Shown here: in pieces, positions 22,309 to 35,200 of the stretch
Layout of the letters: every line of letters starts with the position of its first letter
How positions within the stretch are numbered: the first letter of the stretch is position 1
DNA from: Chiloscyllium plagiosum
Lineage: Eukaryota
Direction of reading: 5' to 3'
NCBI RefSeq assembly: GCF_004010195.1
Contig: NC_057726.1
Span: 62,246,850-62,310,849, forward strand
Length of the DNA stretch: 64,000 nucleotides
Notes under the pieces: model-generated
What the model was told of the DNA's origin: nothing
Seen by the model: the letters and a program-made list of their open reading frames with translations, nothing else
Database searches by the model: none
Position numbers and translations under genes: made by a program

Positions 22309-25300
22309 TTGGAGAGACAGTTAGAGGCAATGAGGAATTTACAAGACCAAGGGGGTGTGATGGATGGCAGTTATAGGAAGGGAGAAAAGTCTCAGATACA
22401 GTCACTTCGATGGGGTAACTCCAGGAATGGTAAGAGTGTGTTGGAAAATGTAAGGGGTAATGGATTCTCAGGGGAGCCTAGCACGAACAGCCAAGTTTCT
22501 GGTATTGAGACTGGCTCTAATGCAATGAGTGGTACGTCGGGTTCCAAGAGATGAGTTGTGTTAAGGGAGTCTCTAGTCCGAGGTACAAAGAGATGTTTCT
22601 GTGACCAACAGTGAAAACTCAGAATGGCGTGTTGCTTCCCTGGTGCCAGGATCAAGGATGTCTCAGAGAAGGTGCAGAATGTTTACAAGGGGGAGGAGGG
22701 CCAGCAGGAAATCATTATACACATTGGAACCAATGGCATAGGAAGGGAAAAGGTTGGCGTGTTGCTTCCCTGGTGCCAGGATCAAGGATGTCTCAGAGAA
22801 GTGCAGAATGTTTACAAGGGGGAGGAGGGCCAGCAGGAAATCATTATACACATTGGAACCAATGGCATAGGAAGGGAAAAGGTTGAGATTCTGAAGGGAG
22901 ATTACAGAGAGTTAGGCAAGAATTTAAAAAGGAAGTCCTCAAGAGTAGTAATATCTGGATCAATCACACTGCTACGAGCTAGTGAGGGCAGGAATAGGAG
23001 GATAGAGCAGATGAATGCATGGCTGAGCAGTTCATATATGGGAGAAGGATTCACATTTTTGGATCATTGCAATCTCTTTTCGGGTAGAAGTGACCTGCAC
23101 AAAAAGGACGGACTGCACCTAAACTGTAAGGATCTAATATACTGGCAGGGTGATTTGTTAGAGCTACTCGGGTGAATTTAAACTAGTACGGTGGCAGGGT
23201 GGGATCCAGGGAGATGGTGAAGAAAGAGATCAATCTGAGACTCGTACAGTTGAGAACAGAAGCGAGTCAAACAGTCAGTGCAGATAGGGACAAAGCAGAC
23301 AGCAAGGGAGGACTGATAAATTAAAATGCATTTATTTCAACGCAAGGGGCCTAAAAGGGAAGGCAGATGAACTCAGGGCGTGGTTAGGACAATGGGACTG
23401 GGATATCGTAGCAATTACAGAAACATGGCTCAGAGATGGACAGGTCTGGCAGCTTAACTTTGCAGGATACATATGCTAAATGAAAGATAGAAAGGGAGGC
23501 AAGAGAGGAGGGGAGTGGTGTTTTTGATAAGGGATAGCATTACAGAGAGGATGTTCCCAGAAATATATCCAGGGAAGTTATTTGTGTGGAAATGAGAAAT
23601 AAGAAGAGGATGACCACTTTACTGGGATAGTATTATAGGCCTCCTAATAGTCAGAGGGAAATATTAGAAACAAATTTGTAAGGAGATCTCAGCTATCTGT
23701 AAAAATAATGGGGTGGTTATCGTAGAGGTTTTTAACTTTCCAAACAGAGACTGGGACTGCCATAGTGTTAAGGGTTTAGATGGAGAGGAATTTGAAAGTG
23801 TGTACAAGAAAATTTCCTGATTCAGTTTGTGGATGTACCTACTAGAGAAGATGAAAAACTTGACCTACTCTTGGGAAATAAGACAGGGCAGGTGACTGAG
23901 ATGTCAGTGGGGGTGCACTTTGGGGCCGGTGATCAAATTCGATTGGTTTTAAAATAGTGATGGAAAAGGATAGACCATATCTAAAAGTTGAAGTTCTAAA
24001 TTGGAGAAAGGCCAATTTTGACGGCATTAGGCAAGAGCTTTCAAAAGCTGATTGGGGCAAATTGCTCACAGGTAAATGATGGCTGAAATTGGGAAGCCTT
24101 CAGACATGAGATAATGAGAGTTCAGAGAAAGTACATTCCTGTTAAGGTGAAAGGAAAGACTGGTAGGTATAGGGAATGCTGGATGACTAAAGAAATTGAG
24201 GGTTTGGTTAAACAAAAGAAGAAAGCATATGTCAGGTACAGACAGGATCGATCGAGTAAATCCTTAGAAGACAATAGAAGACTTAAGAGGGAAATCAGGA
24301 GGGCAAAAAGGGGACATGAGATCACTTTGGCAAATAAAGTTAAAGAGAATCCAAAGCGTTTTTACAAATACATTAAACACAAAAGGGTAACTCGTGAGAG
24401 AATAGGGTCCCTCAAAGGTCAGCAAGGCAGCCTTTGTGTGGAGCCGCAGAAAATGGGGAAGACACTAAACGAGTATTGTGCATCAGCATTTATCGTGGAA
24501 AATGACATGGAAGATATAGAATGCAGGGAAATAGATGGTGACAACTTGAAAAATGTCCATATTACAGAGGAGGAAGTGCTGGATGACTTGAAATGCATAG
24601 ATCTGACGAAATACAGGGAGGACTTGCCAATTGGATACAGAACTGTCTTAAAAGTAGATGACAGAGGGTGGGATGGAGGGTTGTTTGTCATACTGGAAGC
24701 CTGTGACCATTGGAGTGACACAAGGATCGGTGCTGGGTACCCTACCTTTTGTGATTTGGATGAGCGCATAAGAGGTATACTTAGCAAGTTTGCAGATCAA
24801 ACCTAAATTGGAGGTGTAGTGGACAGCGAAGAAGGTTACCTCAGATTACAACAGGATCTTGATCAGATGGGCCAATGGGCTGAGAAGTAGCAGATAGAGT
24901 ATAATTTAGATAAATGCAAGGTGCTGCATGTTGGGAAAGCAAATCTTATCAGGACTTATACACTTAATTGTGAGGTCCTAGGGAGTGTTGCTGGACAAAG
25001 AGACCTTGGAGTGCAGGTTCATAGCTCCTTGAAAGTGGAGTCACAGGTAAATAAAACTGTGAAGAAGGCATCTGGTATGCTTTCTTTTACTGGTCAGAGT
25101 GTTGAGTACATGAGCTGGGAGGTCAGGGCATTGGTTATGCCATTGTTGGAATATTGCGTGTAATTCTGGTCTCCTTCCTATTGGAAAGATGTTTAAGAAC
25201 TTGAAAGGTTTCAGTAAAGATTTACAAGGATGTTGCCAGGTTTGGAGGATTTGAGCTATTTGGAGAGGCTGAACAGGCTGGGGCAGCTTCCCCGGAGCGT

Positions 25301-26047
25301 TGGAGGTTCAGGGGTGACCTTATAGAGATTTACAAAATCATGAGAGGCAAGGATAGGATAAGTAGACATTTCTCTGGGGTGGGAGTGTCCCGAACTAGAG
25401 GATGTAGGTTTAGAGTGAGAGAGGAAAGATATAAAAGAGATCTTAGGGACAGGAGTTGGGAGGTCATGTTGCGGCTGTACAGGATATTGGTTAGGCCACT
25501 GTTGGAATATTGCGTGTAATTCTGCTCTCCTTCCTATTGGAAAGATGTTTAGGAACTTGAAAGGGTTCAGAAAAGATATACAAGGATGTTGCCAGGTTTG
25601 GAGGATTTGAGCTATAGGAAGAGGCTGAACAGGCTCGGGCAGCTTCCCAGGTGCATCAGAGGCTGTGGGGTGACCTTATAGAGATTTACAAAATCATCAG
25701 AGGCAAGGATAGAATAAGTAGACAAAGTCTTTTCCCTAGGGTGGGAGCGTCCCGAACTAGAGGACATAGGTTTAGGGTAAGAGGGGAAAGACATAAAAGA
25801 CACCTAAGGGACACCTTTTCCACGCAGAGGGTGGTATTTGTAAGGAATCAGCTGCCAGAAGAGGTGGTGGAGTTTGGTACAATTGCAACATTTAAAAGGC
25901 ATTTAGATGGGTATATGAATAGGAAGAGTTTGGAGAGATATGGGCCAGGCGCTGGCAAGTGAGATTAGATTGAGTTGGGATATCCGGTCAGCGTGGATGG
26001 GTTGGACCGAAGGTCTGTTTCCGTGCTGTACATCTCTATGACTCTAT
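22309..26047 (+). mobile_element. CR1-clade LINE copy with internal deletions and two internal tandem duplications
   Basis: Colinear with 1-3464. Duplications 22625-22754/22755-22884 and ~25111-25450/25451-25812. Tail ctctatgactctat. Confidence 0.93.
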
Positions 26048-26929
26048 CTGAATTTGTCTCTTTCACAATGATGTAAAGAATATTTGTAATATAATTTATC
26101 TTAGCAAAAAGTCGTAAAGTGATAATAAAAAAAATTAATTAAGAAGATGGGCTCTTGGATAATTGACAACTTAAAGAATCAGAAAAGAGACAGTGGAAGG
26201 TGATAACTTCCAAATTCCATAATCCTTAAGAGCCAATTAGAAATTGAGTTTGCATCCATAGAGATAAGAAACATGAAAGGTAGAAGCAGCAGTCGGCAAT
26301 TTGACCCCTTGACGCTGCATCACCATTCAATTTTATCATGACTGGTTCATTAAGCCTACTCCCTTGATCCTGCCCTCCCCTCCATCCCTTGATCCCCTTA
26401 GTCACAAGGGCTATGTCTACTTCCTTCTTGAAAATGCATGATGTTTTCACCTGGACCATTTTCTGTGGTCGCAAATTCCATAGGGTCAACACTCTCCGGG
26501 TGAACAAATTTAACTTCATCTCAGTTACTTCTACTCAACTCATATTTGCCTATTCTCATCGCTTAAGCCAATTTGTAATAGGTCTTGCTGATCCGAGGCC
26601 AATCAGAAAATAACGATGGAATTGAGCATGCTGTATGTTTTATTTGTGGCTTGGAAACAGTTAAAAAAGTAAAGCTTTTGAAGTGAAGGCACGCATGAGA
26701 GTTTCATATTATGCTGCTTCTAGTTGGACATGGAATGTTCTTAAGGTATTGGAGAGAAATTGAGAAACCAAGTGTCAACCTGCACCATAAGCAGAATCAG
26801 AGATCAAGAGCCCAAATATCTGTAAAGTCACTGTCCTGCTTTAAAAGGTAATATTCATAACCTGAGCAAAGTCACCTGAGTTATTGCACAAAACTGTCTC
26901 TTGTTTCCTCGTTTGAGTGTAAAACCCCT

Positions 26930-29487
26930 GAGACTTGCAAATCACCTGCCAGGGGGATATAATTTCAGAAGTTTAGGTGAACACAGGTTCAGGGGGAGCT
27001 CTTCAGTGGTCAAGGACATTCAACCTCGGATCTTCAGGTTGAACATCCTCCTAGGCAGACTTCGGGACACGTGAGGATGCAGAGTTGCTGAATAGAGGCT
27101 GATAATCATGTTCGGTATCCATGAGGGCAGCCTCAATCCGGACATTAAGTTCATGTCACACTACAGATGACCCAACCACACTATACATATACTGATATGC
27201 ATGGCACATGTACACACACACTCTCACACAAGCACACACATACGGGCGCTCTCTCATACACACAATACATTCACACTCGTGCTCTCTCATACGCACACAC
27301 GCCCTCACACTCACTCACACTCTCTCTCAAGCACACACAAGCTCACATGCATGCTCTCACAAACATATACTTCCACGCAGTTACACACACTTCCTCTCTC
27401 AAGCAACACATTCTCTCAAGAGCATGTGCACACACACAAACACAGCCACACTCACTCCATCAAACACACCCTCTCATAGATAAGTTCTCTCTCTCTCTCT
27501 CTCTTTCTCTGTCTCTCTCTCTGTCTCCCACACACACACATGCACACACAGATATAGATCTATGGGGTGAATTTGCATTTGCAGACTTGTATTTGCAGAT
27601 GCATTCTATTTTGTTCAAAAACCACACAATGAAGGAGTCAAGACTGTTGATGAGGGCAGAGCGGTAGACCTCATCTATATGGATTTCAGTAAGGCCTTTG
27701 ATAAGATTCCAAATGGTAGGCTGCTCTGGAAGGTTAGCTCACATGGAATCCAGTGGGAGGTGGCAAATGAGATACTCAATTGACTTGATGATAGGAAGCA
27801 CAGGGTAATAGTGGAAGGATGTTTGTTGGACTGGAGGCCTGTAACTAGTGGTGTGCCTCAGGTGTCAGTGCTGGGCCCATTGCTTTTGTTGATTATATTA
27901 ATGATTGGGATGAGAATTTACAAGGCATGATTAATAAGTTTGTAGATGACATTAAAATAAGTGTTATTATGGGCAGGGAGGAAGGAAGGTTATCAGAAAA
28001 TGCAGCAGGATATTGATCAGCTGGGGAAGTGGGCCAAGAAATGGCAAATGAAGTTTAACATAGATAAGTGTGAGGCATTGCATTTTGGAAAGTCAAATCA
28101 AGGTAGGAGTTTCATGGTGAATCGTGGAGCCTTAAGGAGTGTAGTGGAACAGGGGGACTTTGGAGCTCAGGTTCACAGTTCTCTGAAAGTGAAGTCACAG
28201 GGAGACAGGGTAATGAAGAAAGATTTTGGCACATCTGGCCTTCATCAGTCAGATCATTGAATATTGAAGTTGGGAAGTTATGTTGCAGTTGTATAGGACA
28301 TTGGTGAAACTGCGCTTGGAATATTGTGTTCATAATTGGTCACCTTGCTATAGGAAGGATGTTATTAAACTGGAAATAGTGCAGAAGAAATTTATGAGGA
28401 CGTTTCCAGGGCTCAACTGTCTGAGTTATAGGGAGAGATTAGACAAGGTAGGACATTTTTCTCTCGAGCATAGGAGACTGAGCGGCAATCTTTTGAAGTG
28501 TATCAGATTGTGTGAGGCATGGGTAGGGTGAAGGCACACAGTCTTTTTTTCCAGGGTTGGACAATCGAGAACTAGAGGACATCAGTTTAAGTTTAGAGGA
28601 GATAGAATAAAAGGGAACCTGAGGGGCAACATTTTTACACAGAGGGTAGTAAGCATATGGAATGAGCTGCCAGTGGAAGTTGTTGAGGTGGATACAATAA
28701 CAACATTTAAAAGGCAGTTGGATGAACACGTGGATAGGAAAGATGTTAAAGGATCCACTGTACTCTGGGTTAGTGAATTCCACTGATTCATGATCTTTAG
28801 AGAGAAGTAAAAAGGGACATTTAAGCAACTCTTGGATAGGTACATGGAAGATAGTACAATGAAGGGCATATATTAAAGTAGGATAAAAGGCCGGCACAAC
28901 ATTGTGGGCCAAACAGCCTGGACTGTGCTGTACTGTTCTATGTTAAATAAGGATAGGGGTCAAGTGCAGGGAACTGGAGTTAGTGTAGATGGACATTTTT
29001 TGTGGCATGGGCTAGTTTGGACCAAAGGGCCTGTCTCCATGTTGTAGGACTCTATGACTATCGATAGACAGTCAGTCAGTGTGGCATTTTATAAATTCCC
29101 ACTTTGGAAATAAAACCAATCTGGCTCCAAGTTGAAATACAAACAGACTTTAAACATTGCCTCACATCTAAAATGTATTGCCTGACTTGAGGTATGACCT
29201 TTTTTCTGATAAAGCCTGAAGTTATCTTGGGGTAGTGACTTCAAAGAAATTCTGGGATTTCCATATTAATCAATCGAAAACTGCACCTCCATTCTAAACG
29301 ATTAAAGACTGCATAGCCATCTCGGTTTGTTCACATAAACTGTGTGACCCTTTGACCTTTTACTTCTAAATTCTGTTTCCGATGTATTCTCTCTTCCTAG
29401 CTGCCTGAGGAAGGAGATGGGGCTCTGAAAGCGTGTGGTTTCAAAAAAAACCTGTTGGACTATAACCCAGTGTCATGTGACTTTTTG
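26930..29487 (+). mobile_element. Penelope-like remnant (same family as 16790-18212) split by a CR1 insertion
   Basis: 26930-27629 and 29065-29487 join to match 17340-18212. CA/CT-rich spacer 27200-27550. Confidence 0.7.
27630..29060 (+). mobile_element. 5'-truncated CR1 LINE (RT to 3' tail) containing a short second CR1 3' end at ~28745-28945
   Basis: YMDFSKAFDK, GVPQ, LYRTLVKLRLEYCV motifs; tail gactctatgact. Confidence 0.88.
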
Positions 29488-31227
29488 CTTTGCTTTGGCG
29501 AAGGGACTACTGGAATTGCTTTGAAGTATAGGCCCACGAACAGTGACACTGAGATGGTAATGTTTGCTAATCACAGCCCCAAACTTTTATTGACAGTTCA
29601 AATATCAGAATGTAAGTGTATTTTGATATTGTTTGTTATTGCAGCCCTGTCACTTTCAGCTGATGTACATCGCAAGGCAAAATCAACGTGATTAACTAAG
29701 CATCAACATGAGCAGCAGTAGAACTGCGATGGACTGAATGTGAATCTTTGCTTTTGTTGCTTGTGTTCTTCCATGCTTCAAAGCCTTGTAGTTAAGTTTG
29801 TCTAAGCGACAGTTCTTTTATGCCAAATGTGCTATGAAGTGATGTGATCCAAATATTACTAGCAGGCTGTGCAGGCCCCATATACATCTTTAACCTATAG
29901 CAAATAACACATTAATAAGGTAAAGGCATACAACTGCAACAATGGTCCAAATGCAAAAAGAAGGGAAGCTTAGCTGGAATGATACAGTCTGGAGAACTTT
30001 CACAGTCAAAAATATGAGCAGTTTGTAAGTGAGAAAAGAATATTACGTTTTTGAATTCAAGGAAAGAGAATTATCATTTGGACAGAGAGACAACAGCTAA
30101 TTGTTCCACCACTCTTCCTTTGTAACTCTTTCGTATAATGAGTGAGTTGGTAAACTCATCAAATATCATGTTCGCCACACAAAAGTGTTTTGAATAGGAT
30201 TTTATTGGAATCTACGTCATTATAAAAGTAACTGGAAATCAACAAACTGCAGATGTTCGGAGACGACACTCAGTTCCAGAAACGTGTGTGTGCGTGCGCG
30301 CGTGTGTGTGTTGAGTGCTTTCTGAATCAGAATAGTAAATGGGACAAGTTGTGATTTAGTATTTTTTTTTTCTTTGAACTGTCACTTGGACAAAGTGTGT
30401 TAAAATTAATACACTGCAGAATTTTCATTGTTCTTTTTTCTCCTCATTGCGTTTGCTGTTTCTTTAATAGGTTTATTAAAGATGTATATTTGCATACAAT
30501 CTGACACTTGTCAATACCTGCTTCTTTATTAAAGTAATTTGTCCTGGGCGTAAAATATCAATTTGTTGTTGAGTAAAGGAACTTTGCTGACTTGTTCTCA
30601 ATGCTGAACATTTTACAGTCTGTAAATTATATAATTGATGAAATCCAAACATGGGTGCATTTTAAAATGGTATGCACATTGGAAGATTAGGATTAATAAA
30701 ACAAGAGTTCATCTCTCTACTATCAGTCAGGACAATTTGAACGAGAGAATGCTTCAACTAAAATTGGAAATTGGTGATATAAGTTGAAGCGTTCACATAT
30801 TCTCATCTATATCAGGAAAGCATTTCGAAAGTTTCACAAAGACAAATGCAAAATGGAATGTCTGTCGGATGTGAATTGTAAGTGTGTTGCTCATAACACC
30901 GAAATGCAGATGAGACAAGATTGCTACTATTCATCACTAGACACATTTTCCGTATACTGCAATACACAAAATTAATTTTGCAATGCACAAAATTATTTTT
31001 AGAAATATGTGTTGGTGCTCTTGAGCTGAATGACTGAGCCACATCCGTTATTTTGCTTGATTAGCAACTCACAATTTTCAATGTTAATTCTGTGGGTGGT
31101 TAAGGCAATAAGGTTAAAATGATGCAGCCTTCTGTAGAACGAATAGTTCACCCACACATTGACTTTTTATTTGCTTTGTTGTTTTTTAAAGATGCACCAC
31201 CATTTCAGTTAACGCATTATCACCTTT

Positions 31228-31825
31228 TCGATATAGCAACAGTAAACTGCGATTGCAAAATCTATTGTAGTTTAACAAAATACCATTGGTAGTGAGCTGT
31301 GCAAATTCTGTTCAAAGCCTCATGGACTCAAAACGGATTATAGTTTATTCTCTCTGTTAGTATCTTTAAATTAACAGCAGTTTAAATACATACATAACAT
31401 AGGTCGATTCCACCAATTCTTTATAATGACAAGTGACCTCAAATTTACTGGCTGTTGCAAGCAGAATACATGAAGAATTATTTATGAGTTGAAAATGAGA
31501 AAAGTTGAGGAACAGCACAGCTGAGACTATTTGAGTAGTTCTTTAAAAATGTCAGAACCCATAAAATATTTAATATTTTGTGATGTCACATGGATAGTTG
31601 TGAGCTCGGTGGCTGTTAACATTAGCAAAAAGGAAACTGGCATCTCCATTCAGGAAATGCATGGATTATTCCAACGACTTCACCTTCAACAATTTCATAT
31701 TCAATAACATGAATGAGATTGACAATCGCAATACAGCAAAGCACCACAGAACTCAAAGCACTCGCGTGGGAACATCACTCACCAAGAGAAAACAGTCAAT
31801 ATTGATTTGTAGTAGGTAGTATGGA
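31228..31825. repeat. Duplicated non-coding block, copy 2 (immediately downstream of gene B)
   Basis: Colinear similarity with 3470-4050. An AATAAA lies on the minus strand at 31833-31838. Confidence 0.75.
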
Positions 31826-32249
31826 CTCTGTGTTTATTGAATTTAGACCAATGCCCAGTAGAGCTAATGTTGTAGTATTACAAAGTCACAATTAGAGAAA
31901 CGTATCGGCTGAATATAAATTATAACAGACTCGGTGAGGTTTTGTTCAGAAAAACAGTTGAAAGAATTTTAACCAAATACTTGATTTTTTTTTACTGTAG
32001 ATAACATTCTGTGTTACGATATCACTGTATTGTTACATCTCTGGTGGGTCGCATCACACGGTATGCAGAAGCCTGAGTTGACATAACAGATAAATGAAAG
32101 CAAAATTTCTTGTGGATGGGTGGTAGTTTTCCTACCGCTGTGCAAGGAGGTTGGAGTCGGGTCCCAACTGCTTCAGTAGATGTCCATTTCTGAAAAGCTT
32201 GATTACAAAATATGGACAGCAATCTCATGACGCTTGTATCTAAATGTTT

Positions 32250-35200
32250 GTTCCCGATACGTATTGTTTCTATGTAGACCGTGCGTTTCTTTCTACAAAT
32301 GGGCGTATTCTGAAATTCATTCTTCATTTTTCTACATCCACGTTTTCTCTGTGCATATCATCTCATCAAAGGCTAGTACTCGTTCAGTCTGCAAATCCAA
32401 TGTTTGACAATATCACTAATTTATTATTTTAGGCGGTATTTCAAAATAATTACCAGAAAAGCTACCAAACGCCGATTTTCTAAACAGTGTTAAAATTCAG
32501 AAAAACGCATTTCCTTCGTTGTTACATGATTGTTAATGGTACATTGGTGATATAAGTCAGTAAGGCCTACCTTGGCGCATATATATTATTCTTTTCACAT
32601 TTGTGTCGTAATGACTTCTTGCCTCTGCTCAAATCCAACGCAGCACAATGCACGATTTCAGTTACTTCTCCCTGCATGTGTCAGAATCCAAATATTTGGT
32701 TTCCAGCAAATTGCGACTAATAAACAACAGTTGATCAGGGTTCAAGATGAGGTGCACAAACCATATATGTTTGCACAATTGGTCTTACTGGAGCATTGTG
32801 AGCCCTGCAGTTAATACATAATTCTGTCAATGCTCATGCCGCAGCATTGACATGAGCAGCAGATTTACAATATTAAGAATTTTTCTTTCCTCACAACTGT
32901 AGCATGGATGTATCTACAATCAGTTGTCACCTACACATATCTTTCAGGAACCTGGCAATATTCCTTGAGTGATTAAAGGATCATCAGTTATCAGGTGCAT
33001 TCCTCATCATGGTTTTAAAGAGTCACTGACAGCTGGCCAATACTTAGAGAATAGACTTGAACTGTTGGAATGATTTTGTTATACTATTTCCGTTAAAGCA
33101 TGTTTTTCCTTTACCATTTCAACATCTACCTAAAGGAATGAATGAACATATTAGCTCTTCTGTGTATTTTGGCCCATTTATACATTTGTTTATCTGCAAC
33201 AAACAAAATGTAAAAATATTTTAAATGTTTATTTAGTCACCATATTCATGATTGCAAATATACATCAAATGTAAAGGTAATGCGAAGAATAGTTTACGAG
33301 TTTGGATTGAACCAAGGTATTTGAAATGCCGCACCTTATACAAACGAGCAGTAACGTTTCTTTACATTTTTCTTGAAATATCACGGAATATTTTTGGAGA
33401 TTAAGGGAAACCATCTCATTCTTTAAACTTCTTTACTGCATAGATTTCTGGCATTGGAATCCTGCCTGATCTTTATATGACTCAAGAGAAAGATTCGCCT
33501 AGTTCTCTCTTACTTGTGTGAAATGGCTTTGCGCACAGCAAACATAGCAAAGTAAGTGGTTAGAACTGGATTGTATAACAGATCCCGAAGACAGCTCGAC
33601 CACTCAATACAAACCTGTCTAATTTTCCGCCTCAGCTGCACATTCTTCCATGCAGTACATACTCCTTAATTCTTGAGAGACTAAAATCTATCTATTTTAC
33701 CATTCAACATACAACTCGCTGGGGCAGGTAAGTTCAAAGGTGCTCAAGTTTCTGCTTAACGTAGTTGTAGGTGATCGACTGACACTTTGCTGAGACACTA
33801 CCTTTCTATTCAAAATTCCCCCGGCCACCATAAACAATTTCCTAGTGCGTACCCCATCGTGCCTAGTCAGCGCATCGCCAATTTCTCAAAGGCAAATAGA
33901 AATAAAGAATAAATATTGAGCTTTTTCGCAAAGACCAGGACAAGAGAATGAATCAAATGTCTTTTGATACAGGGATAGGGGGAGCTGGTATAGAAACTCA
34001 GCCATATTGGTTTTGTAAACTGCATCAGGTTGAGATGTTGTATTACAGTCCACTTCGGCTAGAGACTCGCCCCCGCTCACTCCTGATCGAACCACAACAG
34101 AATGAGTTAGTAAGTGATTGTTCAGGAGTGAGCATTTCATTTAACATCTTTGAACAGGGACATTTATATCCAAGCAATTATACATATCATTATGACCTTG
34201 TTTAACATTTTGCAATCATACCACCTTCATAAACTGCATTTCAAAATAATCGACATTCGCTCATAACAAATAACAATGTTAGTCGAGCTCTCCTGATGAA
34301 CTTTTGTTTTTTGCCCGAAACGTCGATTCTCCTGCTCCGCGGATGCTGCCTGACCTGCTGTGCTTTTCCAATACCACACTCTCGACTCTCCCTCCCCGTC
34401 GAGTTAGGAAGTTGTCAGTAACACCGAGGTTTGCATTTAAATAGTTAGCGTATAGTAGATCTTATCATTGTTATATCCCACTGGTACCACGTTCCGGCAA
34501 AGATCCCGAACGCCAGGAACATCACTCCAGTAGCCACACACCCAATACCTGCAAAGTGAAATGGTATTCCGACACGAGCTACAAGGTTGAAACAATGATT
34601 ACATTATGGCGAATGTTAACGGAAAAGGCCTTAACATTGATTAGCAAAGCTGGTGCTTTCAGTATATCTGTTCAAATTGCATTAAGACCAGACAGAAAAA
34701 CACAGGTAATATTTGAAGTAACGCCTTCATAAAATAAACTAGACATTCGGAATTAATCTATGAAAGAGCTTGTTGGTTAAGCAATCTCATAATATTAGCA
34801 GAGTGAATTCAATGAGAGAGGGACAGATTCTATGTAATCAGATGACTTAATCAGTTTCTTCGCTTTTTATAAATCAATGTGTTTAAGTGCTTTTCCGGTA
34901 ATGAGAAGTATTATTTCTTGCAGCATCACTTCACTGATTGCGTGTTCTATACTGGCAGATGTTCGAGTGCAAGCGTCGGGATAGTAACTCTTTAAAACTG
35001 CCCCAGTGTAAAGATAGCAGTCAATGGGAACGAAAACAAATCAGAAAAGTATGAACTATAAGCAGATGCGGAAATATATTTAAGTAGAATATAAGGCGTT
35101 TATTAACACGCTTGCCTTCATTGCTCGCAATTTTGAGCATGAGAATTGTGAGGTCATGTTGAGGTTGTATAGACGTTGGCGAGGCCTCTTCTGGAGTACT

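Noticed and set aside
29890-29990. Hydrophobic minus-strand peptide (FCIWTIVAVVCLYLINVLFAIG)
   Set aside because: Explained by T-rich composition, with no linked exons. It illustrates the chance rate of false TM exons.
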